This document shows positions 38,992-52,159 of a DNA stretch of 64,000 nt, one piece after another. This DNA comes from Chiloscyllium plagiosum. Taxonomy: Eukaryota. A program made the position numbers and the translations under genes. The stretch lies in assembly GCF_004010195.1 (NCBI RefSeq), contig NC_057728.1, positions 45,479,419 to 45,543,418 on the forward strand. The letters run 5' to 3'. The notes under the pieces were generated by a model. The model made no database searches. It was not told where the DNA came from and saw only the letters and a list, made by a program, of their open reading frames with translations. Within the stretch, counting starts at the first letter, position 1; each line of letters opens with the position of its first letter.

Positions 38992-39679
38992 TACTATACT
39001 ACAATGATCTACTATGAGTTTACTTGTCCTTTGGCACATCCTGTCTACACTGTCACTATCACTATGTGTGTTGGTATTGTACAGTAGAGGCACATCATAT
39101 ACTGGGAAGCATTCAGGCAATTCTGAACATGTGATTTTATTGATAACCAGCAAAAAACAAAACAAATAGAACCTAATTTGCCCCTATGATGCAAACTAAA
39201 TGCTGGCATCAACAACTGTTCAACATTCCATGACAGTCTGTTGCACCCAGCTGTCATGTGCAGGAGCTGCATACCAATTAGATGCTGCCTGGCCTGTCAT
39301 GCCAATGCAGCTGATCTCTGTCATGCACAAGCTTCCTCCTCCTCAATGTAGCCATCATCGCCCTTGGAAGGCTGCTTCTTTTCCCCAGTTCCTCAGCATC
39401 TTACACATTGTTCATACCTTACTCCAATTATGTGGACCACAGCACACCAAGATAATATGGCACTCTCTGTCCAGACAATATTTCAGGGATCTCAAAGATC
39501 ACATCTTTAACAATCCTATCATCAGTTCCAATGTGGCCCTGGTCGCAGCACTAACTTGGTGAAGATGCTGTGCCGAATGAATGACCAATACATTACACTA
39601 AATAAAAAGTGTTCCTTCTGTGTTTCAACCTACTTCACATCTCAGGCCCACATCAAGCAGTCAAGGTTTGACAGGCAAA

Positions 39680-41080
39680 GTATGAGTAACTATAGATGGA
39701 TTAGTCTAACGTCTACTGTTTGAGATTTATTAGAATCAATTATCAAGGAAGTAAGGCAGACAATTTTGAAAATCAGAATCCCATCAAGTAGATTGAGCAT
39801 GGCTTCATGAAAATAAAATAATGTTTGACTAATTTATTAGATTGTTTTGAGGAACTCTCAACCAGTGTGAGAAGAGAGGAACCAATAGGAGTGTTACATT
39901 TGGACTTTGTGAGGGGCAGGGATACAAACAGTTTGCAGGAGTTGGGGAGTCCAGAACTAGAGAGCATAGGTTTAGAGTGAGAGGGGAAAGATATAAAAGA
40001 AACCTAAGGGGCAACTTTTTCACACAGAGGGTGGTACGGGTATGGAATGAGCTGCCAGAGGAAGTGGTGGAGGCTGGTACAATTGCAACATTTAAGAGGC
40101 ATTTGGATGGGTATATGAATAGGAGGGGGTTGGAGGGATATGGGTCGGATGCTGACAGGTGGGACTAGATTGAGTTGGGCTATCTGGTCGGCATGGCTGG
40201 GTTGGACTGAAGGATCTGTTTCCATACTGTACATCTCTATAACTCTCTGATAGATTAAGTAAGCAGGCAAAAAGTTGATAAACGAAATATAATGTGAGAA
40301 AATATAAAGTATTTGATTTGGAAGGGAGAACAAAAAAACAGAGTATTATTTAAATGGAGAAAACCTGCAGAAAGCTCCAACAAAAAGGGACATGTGGTAC
40401 TTTTGCACAAAACACAGAAAGCTAGCACACAAGTGTATCCGGTAATCAGGAAGCATAATGGAATATTGACCCTTACTTCAAGATGTTTGTAATATAAGAA
40501 TAGGAAGTCTTACCGCATCTGTACAAGGTGTTGGAGAAACTACATCTGGAGTACTGAGAGCAGTTTTGTCCTCTTATTTAAGAAAATATATTATTTCATT
40601 GAATGCAGTTCAGAGAAGGTTCACGAAGATGATCCCTGATATGGAAGGATTATCGAATAAGCAAAGATTAAACAGATTGGAACTCTACTTATTGAAGTTT
40701 ATAAGAGTGAGAAGTGATCTCATTGAAACATCAGGGGCTTGACAGGGTAAATACTGAGAGAATGTTTTCCCTCATTGGAGAGTCTAAGACCAGAGGGCAA
40801 AGGTTTTCCAATTTAAAACTGAGATGAGAAGGAATTTCTTCTCTCAGAGGGTTGTGAGTCCTTGGAACACCTTGCCACAGAGATTTGTGGAGGCAGAGTC
40901 CTTGTGTATATTTAAGACTGTGTTGATAGTTTCCTGATCACTATGGGCATCAAAGATTATGAGCAATGGGCAGGAATGTAGAAGTGATGAGTGTTGGATC
41001 AGCCACGATTCTTTTGAATGGCAGAGCAGGTCTGAGGGGCCAAATGGCCTACTCCTGTTCCTATTGCTTCTGGTCTTATG
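39680..41080 (+). mobile_element. Decayed CR1 with a younger CR1 3' end nested at ~39918-40247
   Basis: CLTNLLDCFEE and LYKVLEKLHLEY; the nested piece gives RGNFFTQRVVRVWNELPEEVVEAG. Confidence 0.85.
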
Positions 41081-41469
41081 TTTTCATTGCATTCAGTAGA
41101 GTCCATTGTAATATGTACATTACTTATGCTGAAATGGTGTTCCCCTCTTCCTGACCTTGGAAGTTACATAAATAATTGGACATTTTTGACCAGCATTCAC
41201 CATCTTTTAACCAATTACTGCTAACTTCTGCCTCACTGAGATACCAATGTTTGATTTGCAAGTAGCAATGGCATTGTGAAATTCATATTTGACCAGGAGT
41301 TGAACCTGAAGCATGTTCATGCTGCATGCATTGTAAATGGATGATGAAATGATTGCAAATTAAATACAGTTTGAGTTTGCAAATGCAAGTTTCATGTACT
41401 TGCCCCTTTAACATTGCAACATCCAGCAGGCACAGGTTGGACACATTCGCCCATCAAACTGACACTGAC

Positions 41470-41580
41470 ACTTCTGAGGAAGAGATCATACCCGAAATAT
41501 CCACTCTCCTGCTCCTTGGATGCTGCCTAACCTGCTGTACATTTTCCAGCACATGTTTTTCAACACTGACTCTGCTTACC
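41470..41580 (+). mobile_element. Family A fragment with a decayed hammerhead
   Basis: CTGAGGA-agagatcataccc-GAAAtatc, then ctctcctgctccttggatgctgcc. Confidence 0.6.
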
Positions 41581-42202
41581 CTGTGTATTGTCCCAACCAT
41601 TTCCTCTTGCAATTCACATCCAGAGAACATCAAGTGATGGCAGGGAACGTAGCTCACAGTGGATACAATCAGCACTGGCTACTGCTTGGTTACCAGGACC
41701 TTCCATATCCCCTTTTACCACACACTAACTTGACTGCCCATCTACATCCATATGAAACTACCACATTGACCTTTGACTCTAATATCCTTCCTGCACATTG
41801 ACTGCTAATATTACACCTTGATGTTGTCCACACTGGTCCTCTACACTCCCCGAGGATCAGAGAGGATGTCATGAGGATCTTGAGAGGTCAGTAAATGTTG
41901 GATGCTAGTGTCTGTGGATCAGGGGTACATGTGGCTGCAAACCATGGAATTTACCCTGGGATACTATTTGATGCTGAGCAGAACTGAGACTTTTTACCAG
42001 TGGGCAGATACCTGTTCTCACCTCCGAATTGAGAATCCTCAGTGTCTAACTTGTTTGTTGTGTTTGATAAAATAGGAACCTGAATATTAATGAGGTGAAG
42101 TGTAGCATTAATCAGAAATTTATCAAGCAATAATCCTCACTGAAATGGCAATTTGATACTAGTGGGAAACTCGCCTCACTTTTTGACAGATAGTCACAGT
42201 AA

Positions 42203-42644
42203 ATGTGCTGGAAGACTGGAGGTTGGCTAACGTGGTGCCACTGTTTAAGAAGGGTGATAAGGACAAGCAAGGGAACTATAGACCAGTGAGCCTGACATTG
42301 GTGGTGGGCAAGTTGTTGGAGGGAATCCTGAGGGACAGGATGTACATGTATTTAGAAACGCAAGGACTGATTAGGGATAGTCAACCATGGCTTTGTGTGT
42401 GGGAAATCATGTCTCACAAACTTGATTGAGTTTTTTGAGGAAGTAACAAAGAGGATTGATGAGGGCAGAGCAGTAGATGTGATCTATATGGACTTCAGTA
42501 AGGCGTTCGACAAGGTTTCCCATGAGAGACTGATTAGCAAGGTTAGATCTCATGGAATACAGGGAGAACTAGCCATTTGGATACAGAACTGGCTCAAAGG
42601 TAGAAGACAGAGGATGGTGGTGGAGGGTTGTTTTTCAGACTGGA
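42203..42644 (+). mobile_element. Young CR1 (HER1-like) RT fragment running into the gap
   Basis: EDWRLANVVPLFKKG..GNYRPVSLT and SCLTNLIEFFEEVT..DVIYMDFSKAFDKV; one frameshift near 42386. Confidence 0.95.
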
Positions 42645-43491
42645 NNNNNNNNNNNNNNNNNNNNNNNNNNNNNNNNNNNNNNNNNNNNNNNNNNNNNNNN
42701 NNNNNNNNNNNNNNNNNNNNNNNNNNNNNNNNNNNNNNNNNNNNNNNNNNNNNNNNNNNNNNNNNNNNNNNNNNNNNNNNNNNNNNNNNNNNNNNNNNNN
42801 NNNNNNNNNNNNNNNNNNNNNNNNNNNNNNNNNNNNNNNNNNNNNNNNNNNNNNNNNNNNNNNNNNNNNNNNNNNNNNNNNNNNNNNNNNNNNNNNNNNN
42901 NNNNNNNNNNNNNNNNNNNNNNNNNNNNNNNNNNNNNNNNNNNNNNNNNNNNNNNNNNNNNNNNNNNNNNNNNNNNNNNNNNNNNNNNNNNNNNNNNNNN
43001 NNNNNNNNNNNNNNNNNNNNNNNNNNNNNNNNNNNNNNNNNNNNNNNNNNNNNNNNNNNNNNNNNNNNNNNNNNNNNNNNNNNNNNNNNNNNNNNNNNNN
43101 NNNNNNNNNNNNNNNNNNNNNNNNNNNNNNNNNNNNNNNNNNNNNNNNNNNNNNNNNNNNNNNNNNNNNNNNNNNNNNNNNNNNNNNNNNNNNNNNNNNN
43201 NNNNNNNNNNNNNNNNNNNNNNNNNNNNNNNNNNNNNNNNNNNNNNNNNNNNNNNNNNNNNNNNNNNNNNNNNNNNNNNNNNNNNNNNNNNNNNNNNNNN
43301 NNNNNNNNNNNNNNNNNNNNNNNNNNNNNNNNNNNNNNNNNNNNNNNNNNNNNNNNNNNNNNNNNNNNNNNNNNNNNNNNNNNNNNNNNNNNNNNNNNNN
43401 NNNNNNNNNNNNNNNNNNNNNNNNNNNNNNNNNNNNNNNNNNNNNNNNNNNNNNNNNNNNNNNNNNNNNNNNNNNNNNNNNNNNNNNNNNN
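42645..43491. other. Assembly gap (847 N)
   Basis: Run of N. Confidence 1.
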
Positions 43492-45919
43492 GACAGATCT
43501 CTCTATGTGCTCTATAATGTTTCCATTTGAGGTGAAGTTGAAAAAAGAAGAAAATAATTATGAGATAATTACCAACAAGTCCCATAAGGAATTTGGGAGA
43601 AGCTGCTTTGTCTAGAGACTGAAATGAAATATGGAATAGTTGAAACAAATAACATAGATACATTGAAGGGGATACTTGCAAGAGGGAGAAAGGAATCCAA
43701 GGAGATGCTGGCTTAGTTCAATGATCCAGAGGAAGAAATAACTGATGGATACCATTGCAGTAGCATAAATGCCAAGACAAACCAATTGGCTTGTTTCTGT
43801 GCTGTAGATTTTGTCATTCTATGTAATAAAAACTAATGTACTTGTGGACAGGGTGCACAAGATGAAAGGTCTACTCTGAAGACAGATGTGCTTGCAAGTA
43901 AGAACCTTTAACATGAACCAGAATTGACCCATGGCTTTAAAGTTGCAAAGGACTTATTTTTTGTTGTTCCACATCACCTTTTAAAGACACACCTTTGCAA
44001 TTCAGAGCTTAACAATTAATGCTACCTTTTCTCAGTATTTCTTATAGTTGTAGGTACATTTTTAAAAGTAGCCAGTCATGCACCGAATTCACCATTTCAT
44101 ACAAAGTGTTGAATTGTTGCAAACTGAATGCTTTTCCACTGTCTGAACAATTTGCTCTTTTGTTTGAAACAAATGCTTTGCAGTCGCCATTTTGTTTTTT
44201 TATTTTTGATCATTTTACCTTCCATTTCACCTTATGCCCTAATTTGGAGTACGGCTTAAGTTGTGGCTCTTAAGCAGCTTCGAGAATCATTTGTTCCATG
44301 TGTCTGTTCTCTTATTCTGTGGATTTTCCATTCATTTAATCGTCATGTAGCATCAGATTTGAATTATATGACTTCCAAAAAGTACATATATATTATTTAT
44401 CATGACTGTAAATTTTCTGAATTTTCTGTGTGGTGTAGAGTGCTCTTTTCACATAATGGCATCTTGGTAAACAAGACAAGAAACTGTGCATTTCCTTCAC
44501 CAGCCACACAAATTCACAGCACAACTACAGAAACAAAAATGTCACTTTGAGCAGTTAAAATCAACATTAAGTCAGGCATAGAAAGAGAAATAAGAAAAGG
44601 GAAAAAAAGTTGAATTAAAAGAGAGCAGACAGAAGGTACATTTCATTGTTTTAAAATCTCTAGCAATAAATACAACCTGAAATAAGTAAGACTGTAGACA
44701 TAAAATACTTCACATTCAGTGCTGGGATAGTTGACTAGCCAGAATAGAAATTGAACATATCATTAAATGGACAGGTCCAGTTCAGATCTATTGCATAAAT
44801 ATAGAAAATTCACATCACTTAATATATTGCAAATTATATGTCTAAAGAAAATTACAATGTGATAATCTAATTCGGAGGGACCACACAATGGCTGGTATGG
44901 GAATCAGAACATAACGTGCAATACTATGTAGAATATCAAGAGTGATTTTCTGAAGTTGTGAGGTGTTTAAATATAGGACTTATTCACAATTGCCCCTCCC
45001 CCAATATTTGACTGATGATGTAGTGCTTCCAGGGTTTCTCGCCTTTAGCTCAGTTTAATTTTTCATTTGTGCCTCATTTCCATAGAGCCATACATAATAA
45101 AGTTGCAACTGTCCAAACCACTCAAAATGCACTGGACATATTTTGATGCAAATGGCAAACATGCAAACATATATTTCTGTGTTGATTTTCTGTCAGGTTT
45201 TCTGGTGCACAAGTGGAACATCCAAATTATGCATTGGCTTCTACAAAGGGTTCTGGGAATGGTATGAACCATTTGCATACCTTTGTAACAAGTCAGTTTG
45301 AAAAATCAGTAATAACCAGTGCAAAATCTAAAATAGGAAGCTCAGATTCAAACACTGAATTCAGTATAAAATGAGGTATATAATGTGAAATAAAGAGGAA
45401 GAAAGATTGGTTTAAATGACAAATACCTTTTTCAATATTCCAGTAATAATTAAAATCTGAAGGAATTTAACTCCACACTTTTTACAGTTAATATTCAGTG
45501 CCAGAGTTTGTTTCATGGCAATTAATATTTACCATATGTTAACATGGTACTTAGACAGGAATGACTTTGTTTAGTTCATATCCATAATGGTAGAACAGGA
45601 ACTTCACATTATTCAATATACTTAAACGGAGTATCAAATTTATAGATGAACATAGCTTATAGAGGAATACATTTAACGGTGCATGCAGGTTCACTGGAAG
45701 TTGTTATTCAATTTGCAAATAAACACGCTAGTGCAGTTAACATCATTTCTTTTATAGCGAAATTGGACATGGCTCAAAAATAATGGCAACATTTCAAGTG
45801 CAACGTTTAATTGACTGGGACAATGACCCATCTCACAGGGATGACTCATTTGTTTCCCCAATTCAAATTGAACACTCAGACTCAAAGCCAGATAAAATAG
45901 CCTTAAGCTTTTGCATCGG

Positions 45920-46340
45920 CTGTAGAGTCGTTTCTAGTACAGCTGCCTCTGAGTCACAAAATTCTGGGGTTCAAGTCACAGGGTTATTACTTAATAATGC
46001 AGTACTAAGGGAGTGTTGAAGGTGCTACTTTTAGGGTGAGACTTTAATCCAACGCCTCATTTGTGTGCTTGCTTGGTTAGATGTAAAAGATCCTGTAGCA
46101 CTATGTTGGAGAAGAACAGCATTGGTGTTTAGGACAATATTGACCCCTCAATTAATGCCACAAAGAAACAGAATACTGTATCTGATCATCATTGCACTGT
46201 TTTTGTTGCAGTTTACTGAATGCAAGTTAGCTGCAACATTTCCTACATTACAACAGTGACTATACTCCAAATACTTAAATCTTTTTAAGACACTTTGAAA
46301 TATATTGTGAAAAGAGCTGTACAACTGCAAGGCTTTCATT
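45920..46340 (+). mobile_element. Deu-domain SINE (SacSINE1/AmnSINE1-related)
   Basis: Head gcctctgagtcaca..gggttcaagtc, Deu core gatgtaaaagatcctgtagcactat..gaagaacag and tail tttcctacattacaacagtgact. Confidence 0.75.
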
Positions 46341-47215
46341 TGTTTTTTTAAATATGCATACATTATTGGCTATGCACGACCATGCCAAAAAGCCTGGGGA
46401 ATTGTCTTGGAAGTGAATAATATTGCAAACTGATGCTAACCAATTGGTTGCCTGTTTTTGCACCCCAACAGCTATTACTTCCTGTTATAATGTCACCACT
46501 AAGAAGTAAATAAAAGATGATTCACCAAAATGTTCACAGATTTTCAAAGATACGTAGGATGCATAATAAATTCACGAGAAGCAGCTGTTTCATGAGCAAA
46601 CAAAGCAATTTTAATTGTTTTAAAACATATCGCCATGTGCATGTCTTTGGAATGTAATAATGTGAGGACAACAGGACTATAGGTGTGACAAAAAGGGGTT
46701 GTCTTTTTTCAGTGATTGGCAAACCTGGGCAAATTTTCAAGGTGAGTGGAAGTAGACTGGAAGCTGGAAGCTTATAAGGGCAAAAGCTAGGTACAGAGGT
46801 ACCACTTTGAAAAATATTGCAGAGATATTATCAGGACTGCAGGACTTGTAAATTCATTTGTAATTATATATTAGAGTTCTGGTTTGGAGGTTAGATTCTA
46901 ATTCCTCTTTGTAAGTCATTTTAAAATTCCGTGTCTGCACTTAATTAGACAATTAAAATCTGAAACTGCTTTCTTGGAAGTAGTGCAGGTCATTTTGATT
47001 GTGATTGCAATTGTATAATAGCAGTCACTTTGAGCCAGCCTGATTATAGCTCTTCGCCTGGAGTCATGTGGATGGGGTTTGAAGTGGACAGGAAATAGTC
47101 CAGGTGTCTCCAACATGGGATCTGAAATAACTGCACCGAGGCCAGTGTCCCATCTCCAAGTCACTCTTTGTTTATTTGTGCATATTAATCAGCAAGAGCT
47201 TTCCTGATTGGCCCA

Positions 47216-47416
47216 TGATGTGGAAGAGCCAGTGTTGGACTGGGGTGGACAAAGTTAAAAATCACATAACACCAGGTTATAGTCCAAAAGGTTTATTTGG
47301 AATCTTTCAGGGAGCAGCTGCTTCATCAGTTACCTGAAGATGGAGCAGTGCTTCAAAAGCTAGTGCTTCCAAATAAACCTGTTGGACTATAACCTGGTGC
47401 TGTGTGATGTTTGACT
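47216..47416. mobile_element. Fold-back family C insertion with a decayed hammerhead at 47331-47365
   Basis: Inverted arms ~47252-47302 and ~47367-47416; exact 12-bp TSD ctgattggccca at 47204-47215 and 47417-47428; tac-CTGAAGA-t-ggagc agt gcttc-aAAA-GC-TA-gtg. Confidence 0.85.
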
Positions 47417-48670
47417 CTGATTGGCCCAGGTTAACAACCTCAATCAATAACGTTATGGTCAACAAGGCCAATCTGGTTCCAATCAATGTGGGACCTAAGA
47501 GCTTTCAGCACTAAGCCTCACCTACACAGAGCCCATCAGCAGGCAATAGGAGTTAGCCACAAGCAGTAGCAGGACCCTTGGCAGAAGGAGGCCACAACTG
47601 GAAATGAAAAGGAAATGCCCACAACAGACGGAAGAGTCATTAAGACAGGGATCAGGAGGGTCTGGCAGCCAAAGATGCAAAGAGATTTGGGCAAGGGAGG
47701 CTCATGTTACCTGATGAATCTTGGCGAAGTCCCTATGTGCCTCCAGCAAATTAAAAATAAAAGGAAAACCCATTTCTAATATCATATTGGTCTCAGTTAC
47801 TTTGGCTTCCATGTCGGCATGGATTGGAAGCTACATTAGCTTTTCCAATTGGGCATCAATGACAGCAGAGTCTAATCTTCATATTTATAATAAAGGACTT
47901 CTCTATCTCATGGCAGGTATTCCTCACCCTTGTTGAGAATAGCAGTCAAAGAGCACACCGTTATGCACAAAGCGTTTGATACAGCTAAGCCACAACAATC
48001 ATTTTAACAATCTCCAAATACCTCTTTGCTCCCTTGAAAACCTTTTGAAGACCCACCTCATTCACCCAATGCTCAGACACCCTTCCTCTCTTCTTCAACT
48101 AAGTTACCTTTGCAACAATTTACCCAATATACTCTCATGAGATACTTCGGGGCATTTTTCTACTATAAAGACATCACATAAATCTGTTGTTGGAAGCACA
48201 AGACATCAAGTATTGACAGAAAATTGATTTGTTATAGTCTCATATACCCTCAAGCAATTTTGCTTCAGAAAATGATGGTTAGTTCTTCATTTATATGAAG
48301 AAAAATGTTGCAGTTATGAACAATGCACATGGCGAAACTGTGGAAAATTTTGCATTCATATTTTGTTACCTTTTAGGACTTTTCCAGAATGTTCAGCTGC
48401 AGCTGTGACAGTTCTTGTTTTCAGGTTATGAACAGAGAAATATATCTGAAACAGTTCAAACGCTTGATGTATTATTTGTATTATAATGTCATAACTTTGA
48501 ACAAAAACATGGTGTTTCTGCTGAAGAAACGGAAACATGTCAATGCCAATTTTCTGTTTGAAGTTTGTTTGAGTTGCAATTTTAATCCATCCCTCTAGTA
48601 ATTTGCAACGTGATATATTTTATGTAGACCTGGAGCAAACAGGTATGTAAACCTTGCTATTTTACATGTA

Positions 48671-48892
48671 CAGTTGTCCCCTTGTACCCGCAGGGGGTAC
48701 ATTCCAAGACCTACCTTGGCAGCCTGAAACCACGGATAGGAGAGAACCCATTTATTTAAATGGGAAACGTACCTTCCCGGCAGCCTCCTGGTCTCTGGTT
48801 CTGGAACGTTCCCTATAATATGTTCCGGACGCAGTAAACCACGGATAACTGAAACCATGGAAACCGGACCCATGGATACAGAAGTCGACCTG
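48671..48892. mobile_element. Tc1/mariner-Tigger type MITE
   Basis: TA-CAG...CTG termini with imperfect TIRs and internal repeats of aaaccacggata. Confidence 0.65.
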
Positions 48893-48991
48893 AATTAACA
48901 ATGTCAGACAGTACATTTTAAAAATGTTGTAAAGTTGTGAGAAAAGTGCACCAGATTTCTGTGGCCCATTGCATCCGTGCAGAAGTAAATA

Positions 48992-49300
48992 TTAGATTGG
49001 ATTACTTAGTGTGGAAACAGGCCCTTCAGCCCAACAAGTCCACACCGCCCGCCGAAGCGCAACCCACCCATACCCCTACACTTACCCCTTACCTAACACT
49101 ATGGGCAATTTAGCATGGCCAATTCACCTGACCTGCACATCTTTGGACTGTGGGAGGAAACCGGAGCACCTGGAGGAAACCCACGCAGACACGGGGAGAG
49201 TGTGCAAACTCCACACAGTCAGTCGCCTGAGGCGGGAATTGAACCCAGGTTTCTGGCGCTGTGAGGCAGCAGAGCTAACCACTGTGCCACCGTGCCGCCC
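48992..49300 (-). mobile_element. Young HE1-type V-SINE (CpG-rich)
   Basis: Minus starts gggcggcacggtggcacagtggttagc; B box gttcaattcc; V-core; tail aatccaatctaat. Confidence 0.95.
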
Positions 49301-49344
49301 ATTATTGCAAATAGAACTTAAAATCTTTGAAGAAAATTCAATTT

Positions 49345-49548
49345 AACTCTGAATAAAAGCAAGATACTGTGGATGCTGGAAATCTGAAACAGAGAAAATA
49401 CTGGAGAAAATCAGCAGGACTGGACAACATCTGTGGAGAGAGTAACACATTTAGCAGTTTAAGTCCAATATGAGAAACTGTTCACTCTCCACAGATGTTG
49501 CCAGATCTGTTGGGTTTCTCCAGCACTTTCTGCTTTTAATTCAGAATT
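49345..49548. mobile_element. Fold-back family B insertion (hammerhead centre lost)
   Basis: Inverted arms ...catctgtggagag and ctctccacagatg... Confidence 0.7.
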
Positions 49549-49959
49549 ATAATTCCTCATTATCCTGATATAATCAGGCCCTTCCATAACATCTGTATTG
49601 CTGTTATTCACTCTGGAGTAATGTCTCAATAGCAAATACAAAGGCACCTTCTCAAAATTTATGTTTAGGAATTGCAATGGATCTCAATTATTAGAGTTAC
49701 CCAATTGGTAAACAAAGTTGCACAAAAAAGAATTGAATTCAACCCTTTATAGCTAGCACTGTAAGTGATAAGAAAATTAATGACAGATTCTCAGAATATT
49801 TCCCTTGATGACAAGGTGTTAGATACATAGAACAGGAAAGGTTCTAGCACAGAAACAGGCTATTTAGTCTCACCGGTCCTTGATGGTATTATCAGGGATG
49901 CATATAGTTTTCTGACATTTACTTGACCTATTTCTGTATGTTACAAGACCATAAGAAGA

Positions 49960-50896
49960 CCATAAGATGTAAAAGCTGAAGTAAGCCATTCAGCCTACAG
50001 TACCATGTTTTAATGAGATCATAGTTGATCTGATAATCGTCAACTCCACTTTCTTGCCTGTTCCCTATAACCCTTGACTCCCTTACTTATTAAAAATCAG
50101 TCTGTCTCAGCCTTGAATATACTTAATGATCCAGTCTCAACAGCCCTCTACAATAAAGAATTCCACAGATTCACTAATCTATGAAAGAAGAAATTCTTCC
50201 TCATCTCTGTCTTCATTGTGTTTGTCTTATTCCGAGATTATGCTTTCGGGTCCTATACCTTCAGCCAATTTTCCTACGTCTCTTTGTTAAATCTATTTTT
50301 GAATCGTGATATAATTTCCACTTTAATCATTAACTCTGGAAATTAATTCCACGACTTCACAACTCATATGAAGTGAATTAAGAAGGGTTCCTTGCTTTCT
50401 GTTCTCTCCCTCCTTCATTCAGTCTTCGATCAATGTTCCCTGATTCTTGATTACTGAATTGGTGGAAACAGCACAGGGTTTTGTTGCCGTGGTGGAACTG
50501 TCCCAACAGCTAGAGAACAATAGCAACTCATTTTCATGGCTCTGGGGAGGCTTGCGTGACTTAACTAGTATCAGGCACAACCTGGCCAAGAGCAGGCTTT
50601 CCTCAGTTTTGAAGACAGGAGAAGTGATAATGCTGCTCTGAACCATTACTCCCACACTGCCCTTCCTGTCCCGCCTAGAGCAACTCTCCATTGCTGGAGA
50701 TTGCAAATATCTCCGCTGGATCCCAGGGTGCAAGTGAAAGTGTCACGGTGGGGTTGATGTGGGGGTCAACAGCGAAGAGGGCAGAAAGACCAGAGGCAAG
50801 GGAAGGGGTATGATCATGATGGGGGCTGATGTGGGGGACAACAGTGAAGAGGGCAGGAAGATCAGAGGCAAGATAGTGGGTAAGACTTTCAGTGAC

Positions 50897-50929
<33 letters not shown>

Positions 50930-51740
50930 ACTCTCACTCTCTGCCCCCCTCCACCCCCTCCCGCCCCGGTTCTTCCACCTCCCCTGGTCCCTGAACACCC
51001 ACCCCTGTAGACCACAGGAAAACGGGGCACAGTTTACTGGGTGGCCTTCATAGGGCACAGGAACATCTCTTGCTTAAATCCTAAAAGCAACATTAGATTT
51101 TGTCTGGCCCAGGAAAAGTTGGTGACAAGAGGCTCATTAATGAGCCGAATAGAGTCCCACCACTGATGGATGGGAGTTCTGTATTGAGCCCTTCTCACAC
51201 CCAACCTAATTGTGGGCAGGTTTCCCATTCCTCCTAATGCTCCTGTTTCTACATGCATTTATTAAATTCTACTGGCTACTTTACAGTGCATTCATCCATT
51301 TTAGTAATATTCCACTGGAGCTTCTTTTGATTTTCTGAAGTATTAACTGTATCTTCTGTTTTGACATCACTCATAAATTTGAATAACACTCCCTCTAAGT
51401 CTACATCCAAATTCTTCATCTACATCATTGCCAGAAATGGCCCCAGAGCTGAACCTTGCGGGACACCACCATTCAGTTCAACAACACTGTAAAACTGCCT
51501 TCAACTCCTACTCTCTGTTTCCCCCTTTCTAACCATTCTTAATCCACTTTGCTATCCTCCCACTAATTCCAAGGCTCTTAATCTTCTCTATTAATCTCCT
51601 GTGTATAGTTTGTCAAAGGCTTTCCCAAAGTCCAAGAGTGCTATAATCACTGGCTTCTCCCATCCATATTGTCTGCTACTTCCTCAAAGAGTTTTATGAG
51701 ACTTGTCAAGCACAAGCATCCCCTTTGAAATCTGCTGATG
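49960..51740 (-). mobile_element. Minus-strand CR1 fragments (49960-50460 and 51260-51740) split by other repeats
   Basis: Reverse-complement CR1 3' UTR; GVPQGSALGPFL at ~51435-51468 and DFGKAFDK at ~51610-51635. Confidence 0.7.
50750..50880 (+). repeat. Two-copy tandem repeat (~71-bp period), followed by (CA)n at ~50896-50929
   Basis: tgatgtggggg(t/a)caacag(c/t)gaagagggcag(a/g)aaga(c/t)cagaggcaag occurs twice. Confidence 0.85.
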
Positions 51741-52159
51741 AATCAACACAGATATAATCTAGTACTTGATGCCTTGTAACAGATTTGCTGCTTCCTTGGC
51801 TCTGTTATGATAAGTGATAAACTAGCTTTAATTTGACATGTGTGTTCATGTATTTCAATTAAACTCACATTAGAAAAAGTTATATTCTATTCATAGATAG
51901 TAGGGCTGAATAATTATTTTAAAATAAAAATTAAGATAATACTGAACAATAATAGAATAAATGTTCTTTCTGTTGGTAAACTTGTCTTGTGGTTTTGGAA
52001 ATGTGTGATAAGGACATTGAACGTAGGCTGTGAGATACACAGGTTCAGTTTGAGCACACTGAGACTTCTATAACACAATTGGATTCCGACTGTCTTTGCT
52101 AAAATGGAGGAGAGAAGAATGTTTGAATGAAATGCTGAATGTTTGCACCCAAATATTCA

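Noticed and set aside
42395..43681. 300-406 aa ORFs
   Set aside because: A CR1 RT fragment plus the N run; not a host gene.
50675..51058. Pro/Gly-rich ORFs
   Set aside because: Produced by a tandem repeat, (CA)n and a C-rich low-complexity tract.
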